From positions 1 to 64,000 of IMG/VR virus record IMGVR_UViG_3300005326_000042: DNA of 64,000 nucleotides, one strand, 5' to 3'. Position 1 is the stretch's first letter; the number at the start of each line of letters is the position of its first letter. This stretch comes from a virus (Duplodnaviria; Heunggongvirae; Uroviricota; Caudoviricetes). The position numbers were made by a program, and so were the translations under genes. The notes under the pieces are model-generated. The model searched no databases, was not told the DNA's origin, and worked only from the letters and a program-made list of their open reading frames with translations. Of the stretch, positions 9,726 to 19,176 are shown piece by piece.

Positions 9726-10016
9726 TTAACTCTTTCTAAATGGGTGATAGTTTATGCGTCCTCCCCAATTAGATTTAATTCCCCTCAAATTGAAAAATTG
9801 ATATAACCCGAATGTTACAACCATAGGTAGATTACCGAGGTTATAGTAATCATAAAGTAAAAATCCATTACTAAACAGCCACAAAAAGAATCCGAGACCT
9901 CGTAGAGTTTGACTTGTTCCTGATGTCAAAAACGCGCCTGCAATTGCTAAGACCATTGTAACATAGAAGAGAGGTTTTGAGAGGATGTCTTGGAGGATAA
10001 AATTAAAGTCAATCAT
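9726..10016 (-). CDS. small membrane protein
   Basis: Three hydrophobic segments. Confidence 0.4.
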   Translation of the reverse strand: MIDFNFILQDILSKPLFYVTMVLAIAGAFLTSGTSQTLRGLGFFLWLFSNGFLLYDYYNLGNLPMVVTFGLYQFFNLRGIKSNWGGRINYHPFRKS

Positions 10017-10239
10017 CGTCTCCCTCGCGAACCTTTTTGTCTCCTGAAATATAAACTATATCACAATCTCCAGGCTTTTGTACCATTATAAGCGAATTAA
10101 ATTCGTCTAAGATTTCCTGTTTGGTTGCGTTTTCAAGAATTTTGATATTTGCCTCTGGAACGCCGAATGTGTTACTTAGGGTATCTGCAAATTCGGAAGT
10201 CTCACTTGGTCTTCCGACGAGAAGGGCTTTGAGGGTCAT
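10009..10239 (-). CDS. hypothetical protein
   Basis: Track ORF. Confidence 0.35.
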   Translation of the reverse strand: MTLKALLVGRPSETSEFADTLSNTFGVPEANIKILENATKQEILDEFNSLIMVQKPGDCDIVYISGDKKVREGDDD

Positions 10240-10694
10240 TTAGAATTCTCCTTTACCAATTTAATTCCATAATTCTGTCCTCTCTTGCAGAAAGTGAATA
10301 TACTATGAACTTGGCCCCAAGAAATATCTCTATTCTTGATTAGTTCATCTAAATCCTTAAGAAACATGGTATATTTTACTCCCTCGCTCAAATCTAAGAA
10401 TTCGGCATATGCAGCACTGCGTCCTCTACAAAATCCCTGAAATTCAAGAACGGCTTCAAATTCACAGTTCTCTACCCAAGTGGGAGGAACAGATCTGGTC
10501 TCATAGTTTCTTTCTATATCTTCATTTAAATACGATTTGTAATTCTCAGATCCATATTCTCCTATAGAATAGTGAACTCCTCGAATCAGCATTTCATTTG
10601 TAATTTTATGAAAACCGCGATAACTGTTTTCTGGATAGTGCATCTGGTTTTCATCGGGATCGAAGGGAATTAAGAGAACCCCTTTCTTGGACAT
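10236..10694 (-). CDS. hypothetical protein
   Basis: Track ORF. Confidence 0.4.
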   Translation of the reverse strand: MSKKGVLLIPFDPDENQMHYPENSYRGFHKITNEMLIRGVHYSIGEYGSENYKSYLNEDIERNYETRSVPPTWVENCEFEAVLEFQGFCRGRSAAYAEFLDLSEGVKYTMFLKDLDELIKNRDISWGQVHSIFTFCKRGQNYGIKLVKENSK

Positions 10695-10948
10695 TCTTCC
10701 TTCTCCTTAATTTCAATCCATTCGTTTATCCTTTCAAGAAGAATCTTGCTGGAATCAAAAATATCAACCAAAATTTGTCTTTCTCTTTCAGATCCTTCTA
10801 CAGGACATCCCCAGTTTCCAGATTCTAGGGCACACTGGATATCTAGAGCAAAATCCTGAAAAGCGTCTATTCTATGCCACAGATCGTAGAGTTCGTCTAT
10901 ATCTGTAAAATCCCTCTTGTAATGGTAATTAGTATCGGAAATCGGCAT
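10670..10948 (-). CDS. hypothetical protein
   Basis: Track ORF. Confidence 0.4.
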   Translation of the reverse strand: MPISDTNYHYKRDFTDIDELYDLWHRIDAFQDFALDIQCALESGNWGCPVEGSERERQILVDIFDSSKILLERINEWIEIKEKEECPRKGFS

Positions 10949-11017
10949 GTTAATTCCTCTGACGCTCAGTTGCTTCGCAACGTCGCTTATCCTCCGCGAT
11001 CTGATGATCGCTGCGGT

Positions 11018-11323
11018 TCACCACAATCCCCAACTCCTCAGACCTTCCCATCCTTTGAAGTGTTCGCAAATTATTTCTCTAAGATCGACATCCTCAAGTC
11101 CCATTTCGAGAAGATCAACTAAATTTTCTTTCTGCTTCTCATCCAGAGTGTCCATAAGACTTGAGATAAGTTTAATTACCATATCTTTTCGAACTTCGGA
11201 ATAACAATTCCAAGAACAGTAGTGTTCTAGGTAATTATATCCATCGCTATAATATAAGTATTCATCAGAGACTTCATATTCTTTACCGCAGCGTTTGCAG
11301 GTTTTCTTTGTGTAGAAGGGCAT
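11018..11323 (-). CDS. zinc-finger hypothetical protein
   Basis: CKRCG...C..NC. Confidence 0.4.
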   Translation of the reverse strand: MPFYTKKTCKRCGKEYEVSDEYLYYSDGYNYLEHYCSWNCYSEVRKDMVIKLISSLMDTLDEKQKENLVDLLEMGLEDVDLREIICEHFKGWEGLRSWGLW

Positions 11324-11329
11324 GATTAA

Positions 11330-11581
11330 TCACCCTAAAATCTTTTTCAAATCCTTCAGATTATTTCCATCAAACAAATCATTTGTTGTATAAAATTTAT
11401 CATCTACTTGTAGGATCGGAGCAGATATAGTAAATACTCCATTTGTATACAACTCAGTCATTGCATCTGGAGTTGCCATATTCCATTCTTCATAAGACTC
11501 ACACAAAAGTCTTATTCTTTCTTTTAACATCTTACACTTCGGACAATTTTCTGTAGAAAAGATTCTAATCACGCAAAACAC
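11330..11581 (-). CDS. NrdH-like glutaredoxin/thioredoxin-fold redoxin
   Basis: CPKC redox motif after a beta strand (IRIFSTENCPKC); 83 aa; immediately downstream of nrdG-nrdD. Confidence 0.55.
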   Translation of the reverse strand: MFCVIRIFSTENCPKCKMLKERIRLLCESYEEWNMATPDAMTELYTNGVFTISAPILQVDDKFYTTNDLFDGNNLKDLKKILG

Positions 11582-12155
11582 CTTCTTGTTTTTTCCAAGT
11601 CAGATTACAATTTTCAACAAAATGTTCTATTCTTTTTAAACTATCAGAGTCTGGATAGTCTTTAAATATAGTTGTTCTAACTTCTAATTCGATTCCTGTA
11701 AATATACAGCAAATTATACTATCCATTACATCATGCCAAGATGTTTTAGATCCTGTAAGATTAAAGTAATTATCTTCACCCCAAGTTTTTAGATCTACAA
11801 AAACCGCATCAAGGTAGCCGCCAGAAATTAGGTCTTTTAGAGCAAGACTATTGTATCCTGAAGTCTCGATTCCTACCTTTAGACCCAAAGAATGGGAGTA
11901 GTGGGAGAGTTCTTGGATTACTAGGGGTTGAAGCATTGGTTCCCCGCCGCCGAGAATTACGGCTGAAATTAATCTTGAACTCTCCCTTATCATAGATTTT
12001 ACTTCTTCTAAAGATATATAGTTTTCACCAGATCGAAGGTCTTTGTTGTGACAAAACCAACATCGGTAAGGACAGGTTCTAAACCCGATTAAACTGGCTG
12101 CGTGTCTTGGGTAATCGGAAAGGGTTAGAGGGAGGAAGGAGGCAAAGTTAAATAT
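11565..12155 (-). CDS. nrdG: anaerobic ribonucleotide reductase activating protein (radical SAM)
   Basis: CPYRCWFC radical-SAM cluster motif lies upstream of the only in-frame ATG (11993); frame is open to 12182 with no canonical start codon; candidate ATA at 12153 follows AAGGAGGAG; 5' end uncertain. Confidence 0.55.
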   Translation of the reverse strand: MFNFASFLPLTLSDYPRHAASLIGFRTCPYRCWFCHNKDLRSGENYISLEEVKSMIRESSRLISAVILGGGEPMLQPLVIQELSHYSHSLGLKVGIETSGYNSLALKDLISGGYLDAVFVDLKTWGEDNYFNLTGSKTSWHDVMDSIICCIFTGIELEVRTTIFKDYPDSDSLKRIEHFVENCNLTWKKQEGVLRD

Positions 12156-14478
12156 CGTATTTTCTCCTCCTTCTTCTCTCCTCTAGTTTTGCCTCCGACC
12201 ATGCGCTCAGACCGGACATGTAGCCAGTAATTCTCCCGAATCCTTCTACATGTTGTGAATTACAGAACTCACATTTTTCTTTTATGCCTCTTCCGGTTTT
12301 ACCACAATCAAGGCATACTGTAAATTCCATGCCAAAATCGAAATACTCAACAGGTGTAGACCAAGCTATACGGAGAATTAGATCTAGTAGGGCTTTAGCC
12401 TCTGGTTTCTTTTCGCCAATCCAAATGTGAGTTATGTTTCCTCCATCTGTGGCTGGGAAGAAAACACCCTCTAATTTAAGACGCTCAGATAAAGATACAT
12501 CAGCAGATACATCAAGGTGACATCCATTTGAGTAATAAACTGGAAGATCTCTTGTGTTCTTCAAGTTTACTAAAGCCTTCTCGACATCTCCTTTAATTAC
12601 CATCGATGCTCTATCCCTATATCTCTTGTTAAGTAGATCAGATACCGCAAACCTCTGAGCTGTACTTTCAGCGGGTGTTCGAGCGAGAGCTAACTTAAGC
12701 CCCGATTCCTTTGAAAGTTGCCTTATATACTCTCTAAGATCAAGAATTAGTTTTATTCCAAATCTCCAAGCTTCGGTAGACTCATGAAGTTGTTTACCAC
12801 AGTGAGTTTGTACTAACTCATTTAAACCCACAAATCCGATCACATAAGATTGAAAATCTAGATCAACAAGTGGAGGAGCGCGTTTTGTAGGATCATTTGG
12901 GTCTATTGGAGTCTGCATCGCAAAAGGAAGCCCGCCGTGAGCAACAACGTCATCGATTCTCTGCCTCTTGAGTTTAAAGACTTCTACGGCCTTTCTACAG
13001 AGGAACTTAAGATACTTTAATAAAACTTCATTATTTCCTTTTGCAACATACGCGGCTCTTGGAAGATTTAGAGTTATAACCTGAGCAGATCCGAGGCTAA
13101 AATGTTCCCCATTTTCAAAGTTCATCTTTTTGTCATATTTAGGATCATTTTCTTTCTCAGATCCCATGCTGTAGCTGCAACATTGTCTACATAATTGTAA
13201 ATTGTCCCAATCTTTTTCTGAAGATAAATGACTCTCTATATAAGGTGATCCATGCGTTGCTGCAAGTTCGGCTGCAAGTTCTAGGAGTTCTTTGTAAGAT
13301 GGAGCAATCTTTATCTTATAAGGTTCACTTGGTTCATCTCCCTCATCCCAATCTGATTCATGGATTTCATAAAGAGGATTGTCCAACGGTTGTTTCGTCT
13401 CTAAATCAAAAAACTCTCTCATCAAAGTTAATTCATATTTGGGCATACTGAACCCACGACCAAATATGTCTCCCTTAATAAGGATCTCTGTTACAGCTTT
13501 AAAAGCAAGACGAACTTCTCGCTCAAATTCACCATATGTTCTCAAAGGAGCTTGGATACCGTTCCAGATCTTACCTTTATATACTGCTGGTTTATCTCGC
13601 CAATTCTTCGGTACTCCGCAAGTTAATTGAATTGAACTAAAGATAGTTTGATCTGAACGAGAAGTCATCATCTGACACATTTCCCAAATATACATCTGAC
13701 AGTTTTGGTAAATCTTTTTATAAGATAACCCTTCGAAATAAGGAGCTAAGAACACCAAGAAGTTCTGATATCCCATACCGCCAGAAAAACAACTCTGTTG
13801 AGATCCTAATGTTTTAGCAAGATGAAGAATAGCCACTTCTGGATTCTGAGCAGCCCTGGCAACGCTTACATAATTTCCTGTGCCATCAGGATAAAGGCCA
13901 TAGTAAAGAGGATATCTTGCATCAGAATCTTGACAGAAATTTCTCTGAAACATATAGTTAAGGTCGTGAAGGTGGATTGACCCTTTTCTGTGAAGATTAG
14001 CTATATTTTGCGGCATAGATAAAAGATTAAACTCCTTATTCATCTTATCCGCTTTATGTTGATGCGCTGCATTGGAACCGTTTGATTGTGTATTCGCATT
14101 CTCTTTAGCCTCAAATCCATTTCCAAGGTCCGTAGAATGAACATCGAAAACACTCATTCCCACTTTAACAGAACAGTTATACCATTCTATTTTACCTGTC
14201 TCCATCAGAATAGAGTTTACGATTTCTCGGACGAAAGCTCCGGTTGTTCTCTCTAAATTTAATTTTCTAATTCTTTTTTCTGCTTTAATGGCAATCTTGT
14301 TTGCCTCATCTCTTGTACAAGGCGGAACACCAAAAAACTTTGTTGCGAGAGTTGTATCCTTCATCAATCTATTTATAATAGCTTCTCGATTCCAATCAAC
14401 TGAGTGTCCATCAGACGTGAATACCTTCGGCAAAGAAACATTATCAGTAACCATAGTTAAACCTCTAGAATTAGGCAA
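12148..14478 (-). CDS. nrdD: anaerobic (class III) ribonucleoside-triphosphate reductase
   Basis: 776 aa; C-terminal Zn ribbon CLDCG...CEFC followed by glycine-radical motif RITGY; gene order nrdD-nrdG-nrdH-like. Confidence 0.75.
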   Translation of the reverse strand: MPNSRGLTMVTDNVSLPKVFTSDGHSVDWNREAIINRLMKDTTLATKFFGVPPCTRDEANKIAIKAEKRIRKLNLERTTGAFVREIVNSILMETGKIEWYNCSVKVGMSVFDVHSTDLGNGFEAKENANTQSNGSNAAHQHKADKMNKEFNLLSMPQNIANLHRKGSIHLHDLNYMFQRNFCQDSDARYPLYYGLYPDGTGNYVSVARAAQNPEVAILHLAKTLGSQQSCFSGGMGYQNFLVFLAPYFEGLSYKKIYQNCQMYIWEMCQMMTSRSDQTIFSSIQLTCGVPKNWRDKPAVYKGKIWNGIQAPLRTYGEFEREVRLAFKAVTEILIKGDIFGRGFSMPKYELTLMREFFDLETKQPLDNPLYEIHESDWDEGDEPSEPYKIKIAPSYKELLELAAELAATHGSPYIESHLSSEKDWDNLQLCRQCCSYSMGSEKENDPKYDKKMNFENGEHFSLGSAQVITLNLPRAAYVAKGNNEVLLKYLKFLCRKAVEVFKLKRQRIDDVVAHGGLPFAMQTPIDPNDPTKRAPPLVDLDFQSYVIGFVGLNELVQTHCGKQLHESTEAWRFGIKLILDLREYIRQLSKESGLKLALARTPAESTAQRFAVSDLLNKRYRDRASMVIKGDVEKALVNLKNTRDLPVYYSNGCHLDVSADVSLSERLKLEGVFFPATDGGNITHIWIGEKKPEAKALLDLILRIAWSTPVEYFDFGMEFTVCLDCGKTGRGIKEKCEFCNSQHVEGFGRITGYMSGLSAWSEAKLEERRRRRKYDI

Positions 14479-14673
14479 AACGATTAAATATCTCCTAAAC
14501 TATTTGAACCTTACGCTCGAATCAAAAATATTCAGGTGTCTTCCAAGAATAAAGATCCTCATAAGCCTTTTTCATCGACTCAATAAATAATAATTGATTT
14601 TCCAGCTCTGGAGGTTTCCAAGGTATATCCCATCTAATGTGCTTTAAACCTTCAAAAACTTCTGGATGATCGA

Positions 14674-15033
14674 TCATACTCTTCCTTCCTTTTTAAGTTG
14701 ATTATAACCAAAAATCATCTCATCTATAGTTTTAGTAATTCTGTTTTCTAAACCTTCCCTCATTCTAAACTGCATTATCATTCTAGAAACCTTACAATCT
14801 AGTTTGTCCAATTCTTTATTTGTGCATTCGCAACAAAGACTAATAACTCCGACAAAATCGCCTTCATTGTCACGAACAAAATAGTTATTTCCTGTGTGTT
14901 CTGTACAAACAGTCTTCTTACAATTTGCACAAACTTGTATTGGATTCTCATGTTCCCAAACATTGATCATATTTCCTTTGTATTCTACTTTTTCTTCCTT
15001 ATGGGAAAGGCCACATATCGAGCAACTCTTCAT
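14674..15033 (-). CDS. zinc-ribbon protein, paralog A
   Basis: CSICG..H...CANCKK..C.EH...C.EC; paralogous to next gene. Confidence 0.5.
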   Translation of the reverse strand: MKSCSICGLSHKEEKVEYKGNMINVWEHENPIQVCANCKKTVCTEHTGNNYFVRDNEGDFVGVISLCCECTNKELDKLDCKVSRMIMQFRMREGLENRITKTIDEMIFGYNQLKKEGRV

Positions 15034-15458
15034 TTTACTCTTCCCTCTTCCTTCAACTTCAGATATCCAAACTCCGTGTCGGTTGCAAGCCTGAAAATTT
15101 TATTCTCAAGAAGAATTCTATTACTAATTTGATCCATCATAAGTTGGACAAGTTTATCTAGCTCGTCAGGATGTTTACCCGCACATTCCCAACACAAATA
15201 TATGTTTCCTATCTCCTCATCGTTTATATCCCAAAGACACATTTCTCTAGCTGTATGTTCTTCGCAAATATCTTTCTTACAATTCGCACATTTATTAATT
15301 TCGTTATATACTTCTCTAACCCATCCATTTTCTGTTTCTACTTCAGTTTCGTGGGGTTTACCACAGATATCACAGCATACGGTCCTTATCTTCTTAGATT
15401 CTGAAACTTTAGTCATCTTATAGCTAGGCACATTAACTTCAATTTCTTTAACTACCAT
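15030..15458 (-). CDS. zinc-ribbon protein, paralog B
   Basis: Same Cys spacing and shared C-terminal ...GY..LK.EGRV; tandem duplicate. Confidence 0.5.
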   Translation of the reverse strand: MVVKEIEVNVPSYKMTKVSESKKIRTVCCDICGKPHETEVETENGWVREVYNEINKCANCKKDICEEHTAREMCLWDINDEEIGNIYLCWECAGKHPDELDKLVQLMMDQISNRILLENKIFRLATDTEFGYLKLKEEGRVK

Positions 15459-15612
15459 TTCCTAATCACTCCACATCTTCTACAATAACTCACATCAACA
15501 TCCAGCTCGGCAAAATCATGATAAATCGCCGCGCAAATTGTATATCTCTTTAAGAAATTAATAAACTTTCGTTTATAAAAATTTAGCTCTAGTTTGAGAG
15601 AAAGAGGAAGTT

Positions 15613-15897
15613 TCAATCTTCCTCATCCCCTTCATCGGACTCTTCTTCGTCCTGACTTGGTTCCTTAGTGCCTTTATGTAACCAAGTTGGATTCGGATTA
15701 CCCTTTCGCGTTGATTTTCTTCCGTTTAAATTGTACGGATGAAATGGAAAAAGAGGACATGCTTCAATTTCGCAAGATTCTCTCCCATCTATATAATCCG
15801 CACAGCAAGAAGCGCACATGGCCTTTATGGACTGACTTTTTGTAAGCTCCTCGCCGTTTCTATATTTTTCCCATTCTCTTGAGCCTTTACCAGACAT
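15613..15897 (-). CDS. Cys-rich protein with acidic C-terminal tail
   Basis: Start moved to internal ATG (MSGKGSREW) abutting upstream gene stop; track ORF extends to 15999. Confidence 0.4.
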   Translation of the reverse strand: MSGKGSREWEKYRNGEELTKSQSIKAMCASCCADYIDGRESCEIEACPLFPFHPYNLNGRKSTRKGNPNPTWLHKGTKEPSQDEEESDEGDEED

Positions 15898-15899
15898 AA

Positions 15900-16142
15900 T
15901 TAATCCTCCAATAAAATATAACCAATTAATGTTGCAATAATAGCTATGAACCATCCAATTACAAAATTCACGTGGCTCTGGAAATCCTGTAAGATACACA
16001 TTCCCGCTTCTTTCAGAAACGGAGAAGCTAGAATAAAGGACACAACAAGAAAACCTCCTGTAAGTCCTATAGCTATTATTCCCCCAAGAATCAAAAATAT
16101 AAATCCTAAAGCCTGTCTTCCTTCTCCCATCTTAATATCCAC
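15900..16142 (-). CDS. small membrane protein (2 TM)
   Basis: Two long hydrophobic helices. Confidence 0.45.
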   Translation of the reverse strand: MDIKMGEGRQALGFIFLILGGIIAIGLTGGFLVVSFILASPFLKEAGMCILQDFQSHVNFVIGWFIAIIATLIGYILLED

Positions 16143-16383
16143 TCCATTCAGCTATTAATTTTTCACCCTTCCCAATAACCTGATACCAGGTGGCCTCATC
16201 CAAGTAATAACCTGCATCTGGTCTGACTTCCAGCCGATAAATCTCATCCTGCCCAGAAATTGCCATCTTAATCCTAGTCCCATCCTCAGTCTGGCCCGCG
16301 AATGAGAACGAGTATTTGTAGTAAGATGTGAATTTTAGAGGAATTTTTCCGTAACGGCTTAGGACTTCTTCGTGAGAGATCAT
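16132..16383 (-). CDS. hypothetical protein
   Basis: Track ORF. Confidence 0.4.
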   Translation of the reverse strand: MISHEEVLSRYGKIPLKFTSYYKYSFSFAGQTEDGTRIKMAISGQDEIYRLEVRPDAGYYLDEATWYQVIGKGEKLIAEWSGY

Positions 16384-16406
16384 AGAATCACCTTACATTC
16401 AACTCT

Positions 16407-16673
16407 TCATCCCATCCTTTTGGGGAAGCCGTTGTCACACAAAGTTGCGTTACATTTCTCATCATTACAAACTTCAAAATAGTTGCAGGAATGTGGAAAC
16501 GGACAATTTCTTAAAACTCTATTCAACCCAACTTTTTGAAGCTTGGATTTGTATTTCACAAAGATTTGTTCACTCATCGGATCTAGTTCAAGGTTTTGGA
16601 AAATTTCTTTATAGATTTCTACGGATTCTTCTAGGAGTTTTGTTTTCTGCCAGAGGGACATGGGGATCACCAA
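16407..16673 (-). CDS. hypothetical Cys-rich protein
   Basis: Track ORF. Confidence 0.4.
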   Translation of the reverse strand: MVIPMSLWQKTKLLEESVEIYKEIFQNLELDPMSEQIFVKYKSKLQKVGLNRVLRNCPFPHSCNYFEVCNDEKCNATLCDNGFPKRMG

Positions 16674-16680
16674 AAAAGAT

Positions 16681-17646
16681 TTAGCTTTCGTTAGGATTAT
16701 AGATACAATCGGTTGCTTTCTTGTCGGGCCTAAGATTTTTTATCCTCGGATGTCTGAAGCGGCCCGTTTTAGGTATTCTTTCCTGTGCGGTAATTTCTAT
16801 GACTGTACCGATGTATTTCTCTTTGTTGTTGGACATGTCTTCTCTAAGGGCGTCACTCATCCCTGAGCAGTACCCGAATGATATTAATTTACCACTAAAA
16901 TATTGTCCAAACTCAACGGCCCCCACCCATCCGAGTTCTGCGAACTTCGAAATTGACTCAGTGCCATCGACTTTGGTAGTCATTTCTTTGGCATCTTTAA
17001 AATTTGTAACCACTACGTCCCATGTGGCAGATCGCTTCGCCTTGACCCATCCAGTTTTCTTGCCATAAGGTGCTGTGGTGTCTTTTAAAATTATTCCTTC
17101 GCCCCCGCTCTCAAGAACTTCTTCGTATAAAGATTTCTTGTCGCCTTTTACGATTTCTGTTATTGAAACATGATTTAAATCTAAATCTTCAAAGTACCCT
17201 TCGAGGACAGCCCTCCTATAAGACCAAGGCTTATCTCGGATATCCTGACCCTTATTCATCAAAACGTCAAATATTACGTAGTTCAACCATCCATTTTGAC
17301 GTTGAAACTCAATTGCGCGGGATGGGAGTGCGCCAGTTATCTTAGTTACATCCATGCTGTTGGAACCGAATACAAGCTCCCCATCGAAGATTGTTCCAGA
17401 AAAATCCCCATCTAGGTTATTATCTACGAAAATATTTTTCAAATGTGGGAAATTTTCTGTTTTTTCTGTGAATAAATTTGTCTTCTTAGATATGTGCCTG
17501 CTTGTGAACCTGTTTCCTCCAATACCGCAATGCATGAGTGCTCTGCTTCCATCGTATTTGATTTCACCAACATATTGCGAAGAATTCCACATACTTTCTT
17601 TCAATTTGCCGCGTGCCTGTGCGGGTTCGATTTGTAAGATTTCCAT
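16681..17646 (-). CDS. ATP-dependent DNA ligase (T7-like, compact)
   Basis: Motif I EIKYDGSR, motif IV EGIILKD, motif V WVKAKR; 321 aa. Confidence 0.7.
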   Translation of the reverse strand: MEILQIEPAQARGKLKESMWNSSQYVGEIKYDGSRALMHCGIGGNRFTSRHISKKTNLFTEKTENFPHLKNIFVDNNLDGDFSGTIFDGELVFGSNSMDVTKITGALPSRAIEFQRQNGWLNYVIFDVLMNKGQDIRDKPWSYRRAVLEGYFEDLDLNHVSITEIVKGDKKSLYEEVLESGGEGIILKDTTAPYGKKTGWVKAKRSATWDVVVTNFKDAKEMTTKVDGTESISKFAELGWVGAVEFGQYFSGKLISFGYCSGMSDALREDMSNNKEKYIGTVIEITAQERIPKTGRFRHPRIKNLRPDKKATDCIYNPNES

Positions 17647-17649
17647 AAA

Positions 17650-18972
17650 TTATTTCTCCTCTAATTTTCGCTTCTTTAGTTCCTTGTATTCTTCCTTAGT
17701 GTAATAAGATCTCCCTGAGTATATATAGTTTATGGATGTGTGGAAATTTTCTTCCCATCGTTGTCGGTCTCCATGCGTCGTTTTACTATGACACTTTTTA
17801 CAAAGTGGAACAAACATTACAATTTTATCATCACAACACGCATTTTTATCATATTCAACATGATGTACTGATAGTTCGCAGCCGTTCTCTTCTTTGCTTG
17901 TTCCACACATAAAACATTCGTTCTCAAAGAAATCTCTTACTCTCCGCCTCAAATCATTATTAAACTTAGGACAATATGGCTCAAAAGAGAGACCACCTTT
18001 CCAATTTGGGTTTTGTTCTCCTTTCTTTCCATACATTCCATTCTTTTCGCCCTTGTTAGATTCTGATATTTTAGCTTTAGTTTCCTCTGTATGACGTTTG
18101 CCAAAGAAAGTTGATTCTTCACCCCTTTTACCATAAAGGGGGTGCTCTTCACCTTTTCTCCTAAAAGCGGGGTCTTCCCTATTCTTTTGAGAAATAGACA
18201 TTTTCTTTTTAGTCTCGTCAGAAAACTTTTTCCCATAATTTGGAGATTTTTCACCACTTAAAACTTCCGAAAGTTTCTTTCTTGTTTCTTCTGGTAAATG
18301 TTTTCCAAACCAATGGTTTTTCTCACCTTTGTTCGCTTCAGAAATTTTTCTACGGGCTTCTGGAGAAGGGGAGTTACCTTTATTCTTCTCAGAAATTGTT
18401 TTCTTTGTTTCTTCTGTATGATGTTTTCCATACATACCGTTATTTTCTCCAGAATGGGCAATTGACATCTTTACTTTAGTTTCCTCACTCGCTTTCATTC
18501 CTCTATGGGCTTCCGCAATCTTCTCTCTATTTTCTGGATGACTCATTCTTTCTTTCGCTTTTTCAGAAAGTTTTTCTTTGGTTTCATCAGAAAGGTGTTT
18601 TCCAAAACGTGGATTTTCTTCTCCTTTTCTACCAAACATTGGATTATTTTCACCTTTATTAAGTTCTGCAAGTTTAGCTTTAGTTTCTTCCGTATGATGT
18701 TTCCCAGTCATTGGGCTTGGAACCCCATACATGGGATTATTTTCACCAGATAATTTCTGAGAAATGATTTCTTTTGTTTCTGGATGTTCTTGGTAATATT
18801 TTATTAAGGCTTCAGAAATCTTTCTTCCAATTTCTTTTGCGGGTTTTTTACCAAATAAGGGGTGATCCTTGCCTCTTCGTATCTTGTTTGGATTATCTTT
18901 GAAAAACTTCTTTTTAGATTCTGAAAGCTTTTTCTTAGATTCCTCACTCATCTTTTGTCCTTTTCTCATTCC
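17650..18972 (-). CDS. HNH homing endonuclease with multiple NUMOD3 DNA-binding repeats
   Basis: Repeated GKHHTEETK/GK.H.EE.K NUMOD3-like units; C-terminal HNH (HHVEYD...CKKCH); likely ATG at 18972 (track GTG at 18984). Confidence 0.65.
   Translation of the reverse strand, partial: GMRKGQKMSEESKKKLSESKKKFFKDNPNKIRRGKDHPLFGKKPAKEIGRKISEALIKYYQEHPETKEIISQKLSGENNPMYGVPSPMTGKHHTEETKAKLAELNKGENNPMFGRKGEENPRFGKHLSDETKEKLSEKAKERMSHPENREKIAEAHRGMKASEETKVKMSIAHSGENNGMYGKHHTEETKKTISEKNKGNSPSPEARRKISEANKGEKNHWFGKHLPEETRKKLSEVLSGEKSPNYGKKFSDETKKKMSISQKNREDPAFRRKGEEHPLYGKRGEESTFFGKRHTEETKAKISESNKGEKNGMYGKKGEQNPNWKGGLSFEPYCPKFNNDLRRRVRDFFENECFMCGTSKEENGCELSVHHVEYDKNACCDDKIVMFVPLCKKCHSKTTHGDRQRWEENFHTSINYIYSGRSYYTKEEYKELKKRKLEEK
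17990..18780 (-). repeat. intragenic tandem repeats encoding NUMOD3 units
   Basis: Periodic DNA repeats produce spurious ORFs in other frames (17949..18257, 18258..18461, 18505..18753). Confidence 0.5.
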
Positions 18973-19085
18973 TTCACCCTCCACGTTCCTTGGTCAAATC
19001 TGACCTTACATCGAGGGCAAGCTTTCGGATCGGCAACACGCGGAACCCATTTGTATAAACACTTAGGACATACTTTTTCTGTCAT
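18969..19085 (-). CDS. small zinc-ribbon protein, translationally coupled to HNH gene
   Basis: 38 aa; CPKC...CPRC; stop overlaps HNH ATG (ATGA); below track size cutoff. Confidence 0.4.
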
Positions 19086-19176
19086 AATATCATTATATTA
19101 ATATTATGATATTTAAAGATTTCGCATAAAATTAATTAAATAAAAATAAGTTGAAATGGAGAAGATGGGTAAGGAA

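Noticed and set aside
12148-14478. Possible intein in NrdD, given 776 aa
   Set aside because: The length is within range for class III RNRs with N-terminal extensions. No intein block motifs (Cys/Ser ... HN terminal pair flanking an endonuclease) were seen.
1799-16158. Numerous plus-strand track ORFs inside the 1-29.9 kb minus-strand block (for example 1799..2029, 4200..4421, 5560..5802, 6622..6822, 7234..7425, 8253..8604, 10874..11204, 13245..13630, 14288..14590, 14894..15423, 15946..16158)
   Set aside because: All overlap longer, motif-bearing or co-oriented minus-strand genes antisense, and the sequence is AT-rich. They are treated as spurious.
17949-18753. Possible CRISPR-like periodic repeats and extra ORFs (17949..18257, 18258..18461, 18505..18753, 17894..18094)
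   Set aside because: The periodicity is coding NUMOD3 repeats inside the HNH endonuclease gene. The alternative-frame ORFs are repeat artefacts. No spacer-like unique segments or cas genes are present.
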